From Lingula anatina (taxonomy: Eukaryota > Animalia > Brachiopoda), in the NCBI GenBank assembly GCA_051362555.1, contig CM120646.1, forward strand, positions 23,932,001 to 23,996,000: a stretch of 64,000 bases of DNA, written 5' to 3'. Below, in pieces: positions 11,757 to 25,800 of the stretch (within the stretch, counting starts at the first letter, position 1; each line of letters begins with the position of its first letter). The position numbers and the translations under genes are program-made. The notes under the pieces were generated by a model. It searched no databases. It was not told the DNA's origin and worked only from the letters and a program-made list of their open reading frames with translations.

Positions 11757-13613
11757 TCACTTCTTTAAAAATGGCAAGGCACGGTAATAATTAAGATCAA
11801 ATGGAAAGGCAAACGTCGCCTTGGCCCGGATCCATTCCTCGGCGCAGTCCAAGGCCGGGGGCTCAAAGTCATACAGGAACTTGTTGACAAAGAACTCTTT
11901 TCTTTCAATTAGACGATGTAGGTCCCCGACCCCCATGACACAAACCCCTCGCATCCAGCGTCCCGCACACGGGTCCACACCTCCCCATGCCGCGTATACA
12001 GCCAGCCAAGCCTTCTTGTCCGGAACACCTGGAATATACAGGTAGGAAGAAATAGCATGTAAAGGTATGAACGTTCTCTGTCAAAGTTCCAAACAATTAA
12101 AGATGCATTAGAAGTCAATCTTTTCCACAAAACCGGACCATGCAAATGCTACCACATAGATTCAAATGGTTTAACTTAGAGGAACACCGGTGGGCATCGT
12201 TTCACATTTCCATTGTGGAGCAATGTGCGCATCGCTACCATTTATTGGACTTTTACGAACTAATGGGGAAGATAAATAGGACATTTTTTATGAAATAAGG
12301 ATTATATTAATTTGGTTTACTATACTTAACATGTCGTCTTTATTTTAGTGGTATGATAAGCTAGTAGAAGTAGTTTATTTGCGTTACTGGGAATCAGCGC
12401 TCGCTTCGAATGTTACTTTAAAGTTATGTCTACCTTTGGTTTTGAAACAGAAACAATAATCTTGAAAATGTTTACGTCTAGAATATAGTTTACTGGAAAA
12501 GAAAATATCTTGACTGACAAGAATCCGTAGTCTCTATGGCAACATAAATATAAACTAACCAGCGTATCCGCCCGGCGTTTTGAGGTGCGGGTTGTACATA
12601 AGGTGGTGCAGGGTGGCCCAGTAGAACTCATCCGGGCTATATGTATCACGTGACCAGCTTAGCAGAGCTCTAGCAGCAGGATTGTGCAGTATAAATTCTA
12701 CAAAATTTCTGCTGAATATTCCATAAGCACTGCCTCGGACTATAGTGATGTTATAGGGCGGAGGGTTCTTTTTGATATTTGAGCGTTCCAGTTTATAAAT
12801 GGCACCGTTCCGTGTTAATTTCCAGTGAAAATTAAACCGCTGACTTACTGATTGAAGACGAGCACCAGTAATGCCTTCGATGTCATTGGCTCCATTGTAA
12901 AGCTTCAGAATCTGCACCATCTCTCTGTTTGTTCTGAGCGGAAAGGCCTGACTCGCTAAGTTTATGTAATACTTCCACTCTTCTTTCCTGTGTAGAGTAT
13001 CATTCATACAGTTGATTTCAGCCTGGAGACGCGAGTATCCCGCGTAGATTACTTCCTCCAGGCGAGTAGCTATGAACACGTTGTGGAAACACCTAGCAAT
13101 ACCTTCCACAGCGCGGAGGACTGAAGGCTGAGATTTGGCGTCCACGTGGAGACAGTAAACGTTATGCGGTCTATAGATAGTCCGCAACAGTCGCTCCGCC
13201 TGGACTACGTCTTTATACAGTAAAATACTAAATGCTATTGGGAAATTTTTCTCTTCTTCGTTCACTGTCATGCTATATCGATGTTCCTTTTGAAAAATCT
13301 CACAATCTTTTGTTAACATAACGAACTCTTGATCAGTAATGACTTTGGGAGTAAACTGTGACATGTGCTTCTTCATCCGACGAATTTCTTTTTGATCGCC
13401 TTCGAATAACTTCCGACAACTCTCTGACGGAATTTTTCCCTGTGGGTATTCTTCTTCCAGAGAACCAGCATCATCCTCGTCAACCCTGGGAACCAATTGT
13501 TCATCTGGGTCCGTAGTGATATTAGTAATCATGGCGGTCCTCAGCAAGAAGTAGACCAACAGCACCACAGCCGACGCTATGTAGTAGGTCTTGAGTCTTA
13601 CTCGGGATTTCAT
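11757..13613 (-). CDS. GCNT: Core-2/I-branching beta-1,6-N-acetylglucosaminyltransferase (GT14, GCNT family), ~441 aa, type II membrane protein
   Basis: Exons 12560-13613 and 11757-12028, joined by a phase-1 GT-AG intron. N-terminal TM segment YYIASAVVLLVYFLL. GCNT motifs FPIAFSIL, RLLRTIYRPHNVYCLHVDAKS, SRLQAEINCM, WKYYINL, DTYSPDEFYWATL and RGVCVMGVGDL. An acceptor at 13620/13621 implies upstream 5' UTR exon(s). The exact GCNT paralog cannot be assigned. Confidence 0.93.
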
Positions 13614-14456
13614 ATTTTCCTGGAAATAAAATACACGAATTAACACAACAGTGGAGGACGAGAATATGCTAATTAGCACAATGTGATAAATATGAATATT
13701 TTATGTCATGTTTCTCCGCAACAAAAATCGATATGACGGGAAAAAGGTGTTGAGTCAATTAGATCTCACGTCACGAGTGTCAGCGGTTTAATATTCCTTT
13801 CTCAGCTGCAGTCCTCTACCGCCTGGTATACCTGCCTTACCTACCGTCTGCTATACCTGCCAATCAATTCGTCACTTCCTGCTTAGACAACAGCACGCTC
13901 ACCCTTGCGACCACACACATTGCGAATTAACAACACCTGCCGTATGATATCATACTAGATATCACTCAGAGAGGAGAAACCTCCGCCAAGGCATCTGAAT
14001 TATCATTTTTAATCAACGATTTGTTATTTAATAAATTACTTTATTATTTATTAATAACATACAGCATATTTACCCATGGCTTTTGAAAATAAAATCGTAC
14101 ATTGCTTCTTAGCCTCATATAAAATTATTTGGTTGCGTAAGTTTAAAATGAGTGTTTTGCACTTCCATGATGAAGTACTTTCAACAAAATCCATCCATAA
14201 CATTTGAGTTCGGCTGGTGACAATCAAATAGACAAATGGAGATGAAAACATGTCCTCTTCTGTGTGTGTGTGTGTGTGTGGGGGGGGGGGGGGGGAGGTA
14301 TTGGTGAGACAATAGAATAGACAATAGATATCACATCATACGTATTGAAACATTAAATATCCTGCATTTTGAATAGACTCAAGTATGACTGGTAATTTTG
14401 TGTAACCCTGTGTAGTCTCCGTTACGTGTGGGCACATGTACATATGCGTGTGTGCA

Positions 14457-14490
<34 letters not shown>

Positions 14491-15530
14491 GGTGTACATA
14501 TGAGTGTTCGTGTTTGTGTGTGCATCCGCGTGTCCGAACGCGTGCGAGTTTATGCGTGGTGTGTTTGCTATACGATGTAGACGGAAACGCCAGTGCAGAA
14601 TATTCTATAGTGCTAAAGAATATACTATAACTTTTATTATTAATTTGTTCGCGGATTAAAAATGTAAGTATACTTTTGTTTTAGTGCGACCCGAGAGTCT
14701 CTCGCATTTGTCTTTGTACATCCTTGAATTCTAATAAATTCGAAATGAAGTGTGAAACTATAATAAAAGAGGATGTGGGAGGATTTATGGAATGGTAAGA
14801 CATTTTCTTTTAAATCCTTGTATGTGAACGTGTGCGACCATGTATGTGTTCGCCCCTTTCTTTACTAATGTGTAAGTGTGCGTTCTAATGCTGCTGAATA
14901 AACCTCCAATGTGCCCAGCACGCTCGTGTGTATGTAGCATTCTCCCGTGGATTTAACCAGTTTGTAATTTGGAGACTAGTTTCCATGAGGCTCGATATAG
15001 TACATGATACTATTTTATATCAACAACCCAATCCATAGTTCACTGTGTATATCACATATTGAATCCCAGCCTTAACAAAACGGTAGCCTATTATGGTTTA
15101 TCTCTATGTGACATACGAGACAATACAAGGTTATCAGACATTGTTTACAAAGCAGAACCGTCTCCACCTACCTGAACGCTGAGACCATGCTTAATACCAC
15201 GTTTAAGGTGACATGTAGACGTGTGTGTCACAGGTAACACTGTGTTGGGGGAGGGGACCAGGTAACGGGCCAGCAGTTCCTTACACACCTGAGATAATTC
15301 CTCCTCTCGTGCTTGGTACTTATGGCAGGGACTTTAAGTACAACACGAAAGAGGAAGTTGTCTTGCAATTGACTAGTTGAAAATCAATACCCCCCCCCCC
15401 TACAATACGCGCTTGTGGTTGACATAAAGAAAACTAAAACCTAGCTGCTATTCACTCAGCAGCTAAGCCTTGATAAGCTAGCTGTCCGTAAACATGGCTA
15501 TACAGAACGTTTTTCTAGAATTATCGTTAG

Positions 15531-18500
15531 TAGTCCAGGAATTTGGTGAAAAATTGTGCATTTTTTACCTACAAGCATGAAATTTGGCACACTTATGGAC
15601 AATTTAATTCTAAGCAAATTTGGATATATGGGCATGTCTGAAAATTCCAAAATGGCCGTCAAATCCAAGATGGCCCCAAAATACCTTTTCAAATTAAAAC
15701 TTCAAGTACATAGTCTTCTAATAACTTAAAATATCATATAAAGGTTAGAAAACAACATGGTATAAATCCTTCAGGTGTATAAAATCCAAAATGGCCGCCA
15801 AAAGTAAAAAAGCAGACCATTTATTCAAGATATCCATTAGAATGGTGAATTAATCATGCACTTAAAACTACAAGCAAAAAGTTTGGCACATTTGTGGAAA
15901 ATGAAATTCTCAGCAAGTTTGGATGTATGGGCATGTCCGAAAATTTAAAAATTGCCGCCAAATCCAAGATGGCCTCCAAAAATACAGCTTCTAATTAAAT
16001 CTTCAAGTATATAGTCTTTAAAGGGCTTAAATATCATATAAAGGTTAAAAAAACACCACAGTGTGAATTCAGCATCCATATCTGCTTCTTTAGGTGCATT
16101 AAATCCAAAATGGCCGCCAATAGTAAAAAGCACTCTACTAATACAAGATATCCAGCATAGTGGTGAATTCATCAAAAACTACAAGCATGGCATTTGGCAC
16201 AGTTGTAAAACGGGATTCCAAGCATTTTGGATATATGGCCATGTCTAAAAATTCCAATATATGGCCCCCAAATCCAATATGGCCGCCACACATACCCGTT
16301 CAAATTAAAACTTCAAGTATATAATCCTATAATAGCTTAAGATAACATTTTATGGTTAAACAAAACTATGGTATGCATGAAGTATCAATATTTGCCATCT
16401 TGGATTTGGCGGCCATTTTTAAATTTTCGGACATGCCCATACATCCAAACTTGCTGAGAATTTCATTTTCCACAAATGTGCCAAACTTTTTGCTTGTAGT
16501 TTTAAGTGCATGATTAATTCACCATTCTAATGGATATCTTGAATAAATGGTCTGCTTTTTTACTTTTGGCGGCCATTTTGGATTTTATACACCTGGGCCC
16601 GGTTTCATCAAGGCTGGATAGCGCTATCCTATGGCTAAAAATGGCCGCTATCCTCTGGATAGAGCTGTCCAGAGGATAGTGCATTTCATCAACAGTGGAT
16701 AGCGTTATCCAGGGGATAAATCAGCTTATCCAGAGGATAAAGTTGTCCGCTCGAAATAGGTGGGATAAATCTGCTGTCATGCTGTTAAATCATCAAAAAT
16801 GGCGAACCTGTTCGCTTTGGAAGTAAATCCTATGAGATTTCACAGGAGTAGAATGATAAGAAAGAGAATTTTAGATGTACGTTTGCTTTTGATGGTTTAA
16901 GTGATGCTGAATCAATAGATTACGTAACAGACTTTATCAAAGTTGACATCGCGCCTGCTACGAACAAAACCCATGCAATCTCCCTGAGAAACCAATTATC
17001 TTTATTTTACTAAAACATACCTTTTAAATCGACGAAAAATGTCTACACTACTATTGACAGAATCTGCCAAATGTGCCAAGTCAGCCATTTTGGTAGAAAG
17101 TATGTCACGACCTTGCCCTTCAACTGCAAATCTGTGTAAACATTGCATGAGGCACAACTAATGCAATGTGATGTGTTATTGACACTGACACTAAAATATC
17201 CTGTAGATATTTTCCCCATTATTTTAATGAATGTACCATCTTGAAATATACTTAGAATATTGTTTATTATGGGTTATTTATTTTCCAAATATGGTATAGA
17301 CCACTTTTTGTTAGAAACTATCATGGCTTTTATAATGTTTATAGCAACCAACTGCATTATGGGAATGTCTTTTTCCAAATATGGTATTGGATAAATTTTT
17401 ATCCATTGTATTACTATCATGCTCTTTATCCAGCCTTTATGAAACACAAATTTACACAGAGGATAACTATCCAGAGAATAAGAGATTTATACCATGGATA
17501 GTGTTATCCACAGGATAGCCTATCCAGCCTTGATGAAACCGGGCCCAGAAGGATTTATACCATGTTGTTTTCTAACCTTTATATGATATTTTAAGTTATT
17601 AGAAGACTATGTACTTGAAGTTTTAATTTGAAAAGGTATTTTGGGGGCCATCTTGGATTTGACGGCCATTTTGGAATTTTCAGACATGCCTGGCCTGCAG
17701 GTCATAGGTGAACACAGTTTATATTATCTCTAGTCTAAATTGTAAGGGAACATTCACAAGTTATTGACTTGCTTTGTTCTTTATTGATGCAGTGTTTATT
17801 TGCAACAACTGTTACAATCATTATTATTTCACAGAGTTTCCATACAATTAATTCTCAATGTTTGCATTTTGATCGTTATTCTTTTCACAAGAATTGCGCG
17901 AACTCGTGAGGTTAAATCTACCAAATATAACGTTGATCAATCGTCGACACACAAGTAACACAACTAATATAAGTCCATTCCCAGACCCTATCGTACTAAC
18001 TTTGGAACGAACTATCTCCAAGGGGATTCTCGTTTAATGTGCAATTAACTTACGCGGCTTAGATATCTGTCACGCCTACTGTAAAGCTGATAGGGGTAAA
18101 AAAAAAAAAAACTAGGGGTAATAAACTAGCAGCTTTAGCAGGCGTGTTAGAGATCTAAGCCACTTAAGCTAAATGCAATTTAGCAAGAAACCCCGTGGAG
18201 ATGGACCGATCTTGTCAGATCGATCTAGGGATGTGAACCAAGTCTATGAGAGCTATGAACAGAACTCTCCACTATAGTCCAAGAATTTGGTGCAGAAAAA
18301 AGGGTGAATTGTGCATTTTTTTACCTACAAGCATGAAATTTGGCACAGTGGTAGAGAATGAAATTCTAAGCAATTTTGGATATATGGGCATGTCTGGAAA
18401 TTCCAATATGGCCGCCAAATCCAATATGGCCGCCACAAATACTCTTTTCAATGAAATCCTCTAATATATAGTCCTATAATGGTTTAAAATATCATTTTAT

Positions 18501-21500
18501 TGCTGGAAAATATCATGCTATGAATGAATTATCAATATCCGCTTCTACATGTGTATAGAATTCCAAAATGGCCTCCAAAAGTAAAATAAGCAGTCTACTT
18601 ACTCAAAATATGCAGTAGTTTTGTGAAATCATCAAGCACTTACAATTACAAGCATAAAAAAATTGGCACAGTTGTGGAGAACATGATTCTAAGCAACATT
18701 GGATATAGGGGCATGTCTGAAAATTCCAATATGGCAGTCAATTTCAATATGGCCCCCAAAATACCCTTTCAAGGTTAAAGTTATTTGTATAGTCTTTGAT
18801 GAAAATATCATCTAATGGTTAGAAAATACCATAGTATGTATGTAGCATCAGTATCTGCCATTTCAGGTTTTAAAAATCCAAAATGGCCTCCAAAAGTCAG
18901 TGGGCCACAAGTATTGAATTGTAATCACTCGTGAAAAGGCACGTGGGCTTTGCAACTACCTGTATAATCAGCATATTCTTACTTGTGCAGGAGCTATTCT
19001 ACAGAGTTTGTAAAAAAGCATCAAACATGATACATTTATTATGTCCTGAAAACAGTCCTTCTTTTGCTAAACCAAAATAAGTAGTTTGACTTTTTGCTCT
19101 GGATTCTCATTTAGACCAATTCCCAGTTAGCAATCTACTTATATGGCACTCATGGGTGACTCCCCCTTTCTAAGAAAAAAAAGTATCGTGCAAAATCCAT
19201 AAAATGTGAAAGAAACACAAAAATAACTTAGCCCCAAAGAGGCAAATATAAAAAAAGCTTGGGGTGTACCAATTTTGTCTGTTGGTTATGATTCTTCAGC
19301 TAGCTCAGTGCATGGCGCTTCACCAAATGCTCACAAATATAACAAAAATGACAGCTAATCAAACATACAGGTCTCAACAATTTGGTGTAGTGCATTCATA
19401 AAGTACTAAAAGCAGGGGCACATTTGAACTCGGTAATCTTATGATGTTATCTTGTGCTTCAAAAGTAAATTAGAAAAGCTTCTAATTTCAAGAAATGGAT
19501 TTAGTACATTTGCAGTAATGGTTACCTAGAATTTAGTGAAAATTTGCGAGCAAAAAACTACAAGCATGGCATTTGGCACAGTTGTAAAACGGGATTCAAA
19601 GCATTTTGGATATATGGCCATGTCTAAAAATTCCAATATATGGCCCCCAAATCCAATATGGCCGCCACACATACCCGTTCAAATTAAAACTTCAAGTATA
19701 TAATCCTATAATAGCTTAAGATTACATGGTTAAACAAAACTATGGTATGCATGAAGTATCAATATTTGCTTCTTTAGGTGTATAGAAATCCAAAATGGCC
19801 TCCAAAAATTAGAAAACAGACCACTCACAGCAGCAGTATGGTGAAGTCATCATGCATTTAAAACTACAAGCATGAAAATTGGCACAATTGTAGAGAACAG
19901 GATTCTAAGCAATTTTTTTTATATAGAGACATGTCTGAAAATTCTAATATGGCCACTAAAACCCTTTGAAAGTAAACATTCTACTTAATAATCTGACTTA
20001 TAACAATCTTTAATCTTTTTTCATTTGAAAACAGAGCTCAGTTTAGATGAATTATCAAAAACCGCTCCTTTAGTTACATTAAGATCCAAATGACCATAAA
20101 AAGTGGAACAGGACTCCTTTTGGTCCAGTTGTGACACCACATGCAGCAATTATGTAAATGCCAAGGATATGAAAATATCAAGGTATTTTCACAAATAAGT
20201 TTTCAAGTAGGTGTTGCACATTTTATGGGTGATCAACCTATTACTTTAGTAAATGGACAATATCTCAACAGAGGATAACAGCTAGCTACACCGAAATTTC
20301 TACTTATTTGGTTGAATAATTTTCATTCATTTATGTGTGCCTAGCTTTAGTTGTGTTTCCCTCAGCTTTCCCAGAATTTGCCTAAAGCTATAGCTTCTAC
20401 ATGTAATCCACTTTCCCCAACAAAATACCAAGAGGCATTGGTCATTTTTAACACCAGAAAGCATCAGTTTACATGCATGAGGGGCAATAATGCGTGAGTA
20501 CATGTAGGCTACTAGTGTGAACCCATATAGGACCAGTCTTCCAGTGCTTCTGACTCCCCTCACCACAGTTAGCAATTGCACACATAACTACAAACAAATG
20601 TGGTAGGAGCTACCTGCAAAAGGTAGATTTTGTTATCTGGGTAAGTGAATACTCCCCATGGCTTCATTCTGGATTGTCCCACAGAGTCAATGATGCCGGA
20701 AATCTCGATGAATTTTTACCTTTCAAAGTCCATATTGCACTAATTTCTTGGTATAATTCTCAGAATACACCCTGAATTTTTGAAGCTTTATATGTATTAA
20801 CTTTCTGAAGCATTTTAATTCCATATTATCATGTTCATTTATTTGAAAGTATAAGTTTGTAACTAAACAAGTTGCCGAATGATCAAATGAAAACCAAAGT
20901 TTGGCGCCTACCAGTACTTCTTTTTAGTGCACGAAGTTTGAAGGCTGCAATGCAACTCTTGGATACAGCACGTATCAACACCTGCCCTCTGCTTATTTCT
21001 TTGCTCGTAAATTTTCACTAAATTCTAGGTAACCATTACTGCAAATGTACTAAATCCATTTCTTGAAATTAGAAGCTTTTCTAATTTACTTTTGAAGCAC
21101 AAGATAACATCATAAGATTACCGAGTTCAAATGTGCCCCTGCTTTTAGTACTTTATGAATGCACTACACCAAATTGTTGAGACCTGTATGTTTGATTAGC
21201 TGTCATTTTTGTTATATTTGTGAGCATTTGATGAAGCGCCATGCACTGAGCTAGCTGAAGAATCATAACCAACAGACAAAATTGGTACACCCCAAGCTTT
21301 TTTTATATTTGCCTCTTTGGGGCTAAGTTATTTTTGTGTTTCTTTCACATTTTATGGATTTTGCACGATACTTTTTTTTCTTAGAAAGGGGGAGTCACCC
21401 ATGAGTGCCATATAAGTAGATTGCTAACTGGGAATTGGTCTAAATGAGAATCCAGAGCAAAAAGTCAAACTACTTATTTTGGTTTAGCAAAAGAAGGACT

Positions 21501-22280
21501 GTTTTCAGGACATAATAAATGTATCATGTTTGATGCTTTTTTACAAACTCTGTAGAATAGCTCCTGCACAAGTAGGAATATGCTGATTATACAGGTAGTT
21601 GCAAAGCCCACGTGCCTTTTCACGAGTGATTACAATTCAATACTTGTGGCCCACTGACTTTTGGAGGCCATTTTGGAATTTTAAAACCTAAAATGGCAGA
21701 TACTGATGTTACATACATACTATGGTATTTTCTAACCATTAGATGATATTTTCATCAAAGACTATACAAATAACTTTAACCTTGAAAGGGTATTTTGGGG
21801 GCCATATTGAAATTGACTGCCATATTGGAATTTTCAGACATGCCCCTATATCCAATGTTGCTTAGAATCATGTTCTCCACAACTGTGCCAATTTTTTTAT
21901 GCTTGTAATTGTAAGTGCTTGATGATTTCACAAAACTACTGCATATTTTGAGTAAGTAGACTGCTTATTTTACTTTTGGAGGTCATTTTGGAATTCTATA
22001 CACATGTAGAAGCGGGTATTGATAATTCATTCATAGCATGATATTTTCCAGCAATAAAATGATATTTTAAACCATTATAGGACTATATATTAGAGGTTTT
22101 CATTGAAAAGAGTATTTGTGGCGGCCGTATTGGATTTGGCGGCCATATTGGAATTTCCAGACATGCCCATATATCCAAAATTGCTAAGAATTTCATTCTC
22201 TACCACTGTGCCAAATTTCATGCTTGTAGGTAAAAAAAATGCACAATTCACCCTTTTTTCTGCACCAAATTCTTGGACTA
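15531..22280. mobile_element. Rearranged non-autonomous DNA transposon with long subterminal repeats (Academ-like termini)
   Basis: Termini TAGTCCAGGAATTTGGTG... and ...CACCAAATTCTTGGACTA, both flanked by TAG (3-bp TSD). Internal ~300-bp repeats carry aagcatgaaatttggcaca and caa(t/g)atggccgcc. The superfamily is inferred from the termini and TSD only. Confidence 0.6.
16596..17545 (+). mobile_element. Non-autonomous PIF/Harbinger element with transposase N-terminal remnant
   Basis: TIR GGCCCGGTTTCATCAAGGCTGGATAG, flanked by CTG and CAG. The decayed ORF from 16799 (MANLFALE...DGLSDAE..IDYVTDFIKVDIAPATNKTHAISLRNQL) resembles the HARBI1-type N-terminus. Confidence 0.8.
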
Positions 22281-22860
22281 TAGTGGAGAGTTCTGTTCAT
22301 AGCTCTCATAGACTTGGTTCACATCCCTAGATCGATCTGACAAGATCGGTCCATCTCCACGGGGTTTCTTGCTAAATTGCATTTAGCTTAAGTGGCTTAG
22401 ATCTCTAACACGCCTGCTAAAGCTGCTAGTTTATTACCCCTAGTTTTTTTTACCCCTATCAGCTTTACAGTAGGCGTGACAGATATCTAAGCCGCGTAAG
22501 TTAATTGCACATTAAACGAGAATCCCCTTGGAGATAGTTCGTTCCAAAGTTAGTACGATAGGGTCTGGGAATGGTCTTATATTAGTTGTGTTACTTGTGT
22601 GTCGACGATTGATCAACGTTATATTTGGTAGATTTAACCTCACGAGTTCACGCAATTCTTGTGAAAAGAATAACGATCAAAATGCAAACATTGAGAATTA
22701 ATTGTATGGAAACTCTGTGAAATAATAATGATTGTAACAGTTGTTGCAAATAAACACTGCATCAATAAAGAACAAAGCAAGTCAATAACTTGTGAATGTT
22801 CCCTTACAATTTAGACTAGAGATAATATAAACTGTGTTCACCTATGACCTGCGGGCCAGG
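17689..22860. repeat. Large inverted repeat: arms 17689-19554 and 21000-22860 (~1.86 kb), spacer ~1.45 kb
   Basis: The arms are reverse complements with only scattered substitutions and a poly-A length difference. Confidence 0.93.
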
Positions 22861-25800
22861 GCTAGCAGGCGTGCGGTAAGCTGTGAACACCCTGGGTATA
22901 ACAACTCCATGGACGGACCCAGAATTATTTGAAGGAGGTCTGCGGATGCGAAGCCGATCCTCCCCCCTCCCCCCTCCCCCCTCCCTACACTTGGCGTGTG
23001 GTTCGGGACCGCTGGAGGGCCCCGAAAAATTTTGGTACTTTAGAGGGCGAGCGGTGCCAATCAGTAGGGGTTACAACTACCGTATGATTCAGCTAGTCAA
23101 AATGTTAATTTCAAGAGGGGACCAGAAATCGAAGGGGGGGGGGGGGTGGTAAGGATCCCCCTGACCCTCCTCTCTAAATCAGCCACTGATCCCTAAATAT
23201 TCACGTGTCAGCTGTCCAATCCTCAACCCTCACAACTAGACCTTTTTATAAACACAGCAGTCCAGGTGGTTGGTAAGCGGGGTCCATATGACGATCGCTG
23301 TTCTTGCTCTTACCAGATCCTAACGATTTTCACATAGCGTTAACTGTTTAAAGCATGTCTGTCCGCCCACTGTAAGTCTAGTCCACAGACAACTGACATT
23401 CGTCACACCTTTCTCCTTCATTAACAGAGAGTCCGTTTTTTTTTCTCCCAGTGCCATTCATGCAAACTCTACACGTAGATTGTGTTTCACGCCTCAACTA
23501 GCGGAGAAACCCATTCTTCCCTGTAAGTAGTTTGCCTCTTCTATGCATAAAAAACTAAGTCATCTCTTCCTCAATAAACGATTACTCTAAACCGCTGGCA
23601 GGGACTTGAACCTGTTTTTTTTTTTTTTAGCTTTTAATTATATTTATATTGTAGTGTTTTGATGGAGACTTAAAATAGTACAGCTAGGGTCTAGTTATAG
23701 TCAACGGACGATTAAATCGATTTACCAGTGTTTGATTTTATGAGTCAGTGTTATCTCTATTCCTGTACAGAGGTCGGTGTCTGAAGATATTACACTGCAC
23801 ACTTGACAGTTAAATTGACAGTTTATTAACTTTATCAACTACGGACGCAAATGATAGGTGTAAATCTTGGCGCACATTTTTTGGGGGGCAACGTTGACTT
23901 TGATATTGGCAATTATTTATTTCCTTTCTCTGCAGGCAGTATCACCTAATATTTGAAACATTGAAGGTGTGTGGAGCGCAGCAAAAACAAGCGAGATATA
24001 GCCAGATTCAGCCACAACCAAGCCATGTCTCTAATTTTCTCCTCAGTTCTCTCAAGACGAGCACCACCCTAGACTAAAAACCGTAACGACGGCCAAACTG
24101 ATTTGATGGACGACCCAGTGTGAGTCTTTTATTTTTATCAGACTATCCAGTGTAAATGTAAATGTAAGCCCAAAATTCCGGTCCAAAGTCGTCCTTGTCT
24201 GCACATGCTTGTCCTTAAGAATAGTACCGCTAAAGAAGGAAAGGTTGATAAAGCGAAACCACAGTCCTACGAGGAAACACTTCCATATTATATGAATCAT
24301 AATGATTCGCCTTCCATACACCAGTTTTCTGGCTAAAGATTTAGAAGTTACAATTAACAGTGAAATATCACATAGCAATTTGCACACATTGTTTTCTTAA
24401 ATTGTACATTTTTTAATAAGAGGATTAAGCTATTGTCTAGCCTATTAGCTTAAATCTAGACATCGTATATCCTGATTAATAGCAAACTCAGAGGTGAACT
24501 AAACTGAAGCCGCACTCACCTCACCCTGACCGACTTAGACTACGGTTAGTATACAGACCGCGTAGTGGTAAAGTTAATATAAAAATACAGTCTTCCAATC
24601 CAATCTTCACATCTCTGTTGACACTTACCTTACCTGAACTGTGCGCTGCATTTTCTACCTCAGCGCTTTAGCAAATGTAGCATTGTTCCTGAGTAAATGT
24701 ATTTTTCAAAAGAAATGAGGCCTTATTATGTCGCTCTTTCTTTACGTTGACTCAGGTTTCTATTCACAGGCCTGATGTTATTTTGCAATACGTTAAAAAT
24801 GGAAGGAGTACATGTACTATGGCAATTAAGACCTAATATTCACGCTCATATACTTAACCAATCAGGTTAAACGGACTTAAGGTGATTTTTTCCTCTCCTG
24901 TTCTATTTCTTAGCAATACTACCGGTCTCTTGCTGGAGCTGTGCAGACTTAGCTGTGATATGGAGAAAACTCTTCTCAGTCAGAGACCATCCCGACTAAG
25001 AGTGAATATGATTATAACGATGATGTTAACACTCGATATAACATCAAATATGAAACATTGACTTCAGTGAATAAACTGGGGTGCTTTTGATGTGGTGATT
25101 GTCTTTATGTCGGTCACGGCATATTGCAGGCAATACTTTCATGAATAGTTTACCTTGTTACGTATGAAATAGATGGAATAAGTCTAAATTGACTCTCTTG
25201 CAATCTCATACGAACATAAACGTTTTGTGATATGGCGGGGTCAATTCCAATCTCTATAGCAGCCCACAGTAGATAAAGCTGGTGTGTGTTCCTGAAATAG
25301 CATTTCAGTCTTATCTCTCTGCCCCAGCTTTGTCAACAGGTTTGATGAACACGTCGTGTTGTACATGTGTCTTCTGCTGTCTACACTGTGTATTAAGGTT
25401 AACACCGGAATGTCGTAATAACTAAAGATTAATTGTGTATACAGTGTGAATGCTCTGATTTATAAAGAAACTTAATAAACAGCGCACTGCAGTACAATGT
25501 ACCGACTATACTAACTCTTATTATCAGCACGATTTAACATTGGGTCAATTTTACACTTACGAACGCGGCGATCCTTCACGTGTGACACTCCTTGACATTT
25601 AAGATTGTATAATGTGGTGGAAGATGTAAAGGTAGCAAAGACGCCCTACGAGACAAAGAGAAAATAATGGAAACACTCCGAGCAGTTGACGTTAACATAT
25701 GATAGTCATATCAACTATTATATTAACTTACCTTATTCGGGTCACAGACAAACCAAAATATCGTCACATGATGTTGGTCAAAAGTTGGTTAAAACTGCTG

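Noticed and set aside
20100-21000. Residual transposase coding sequence in the large element
   Set aside because: Only short interrupted frames; no motif I can identify with confidence.
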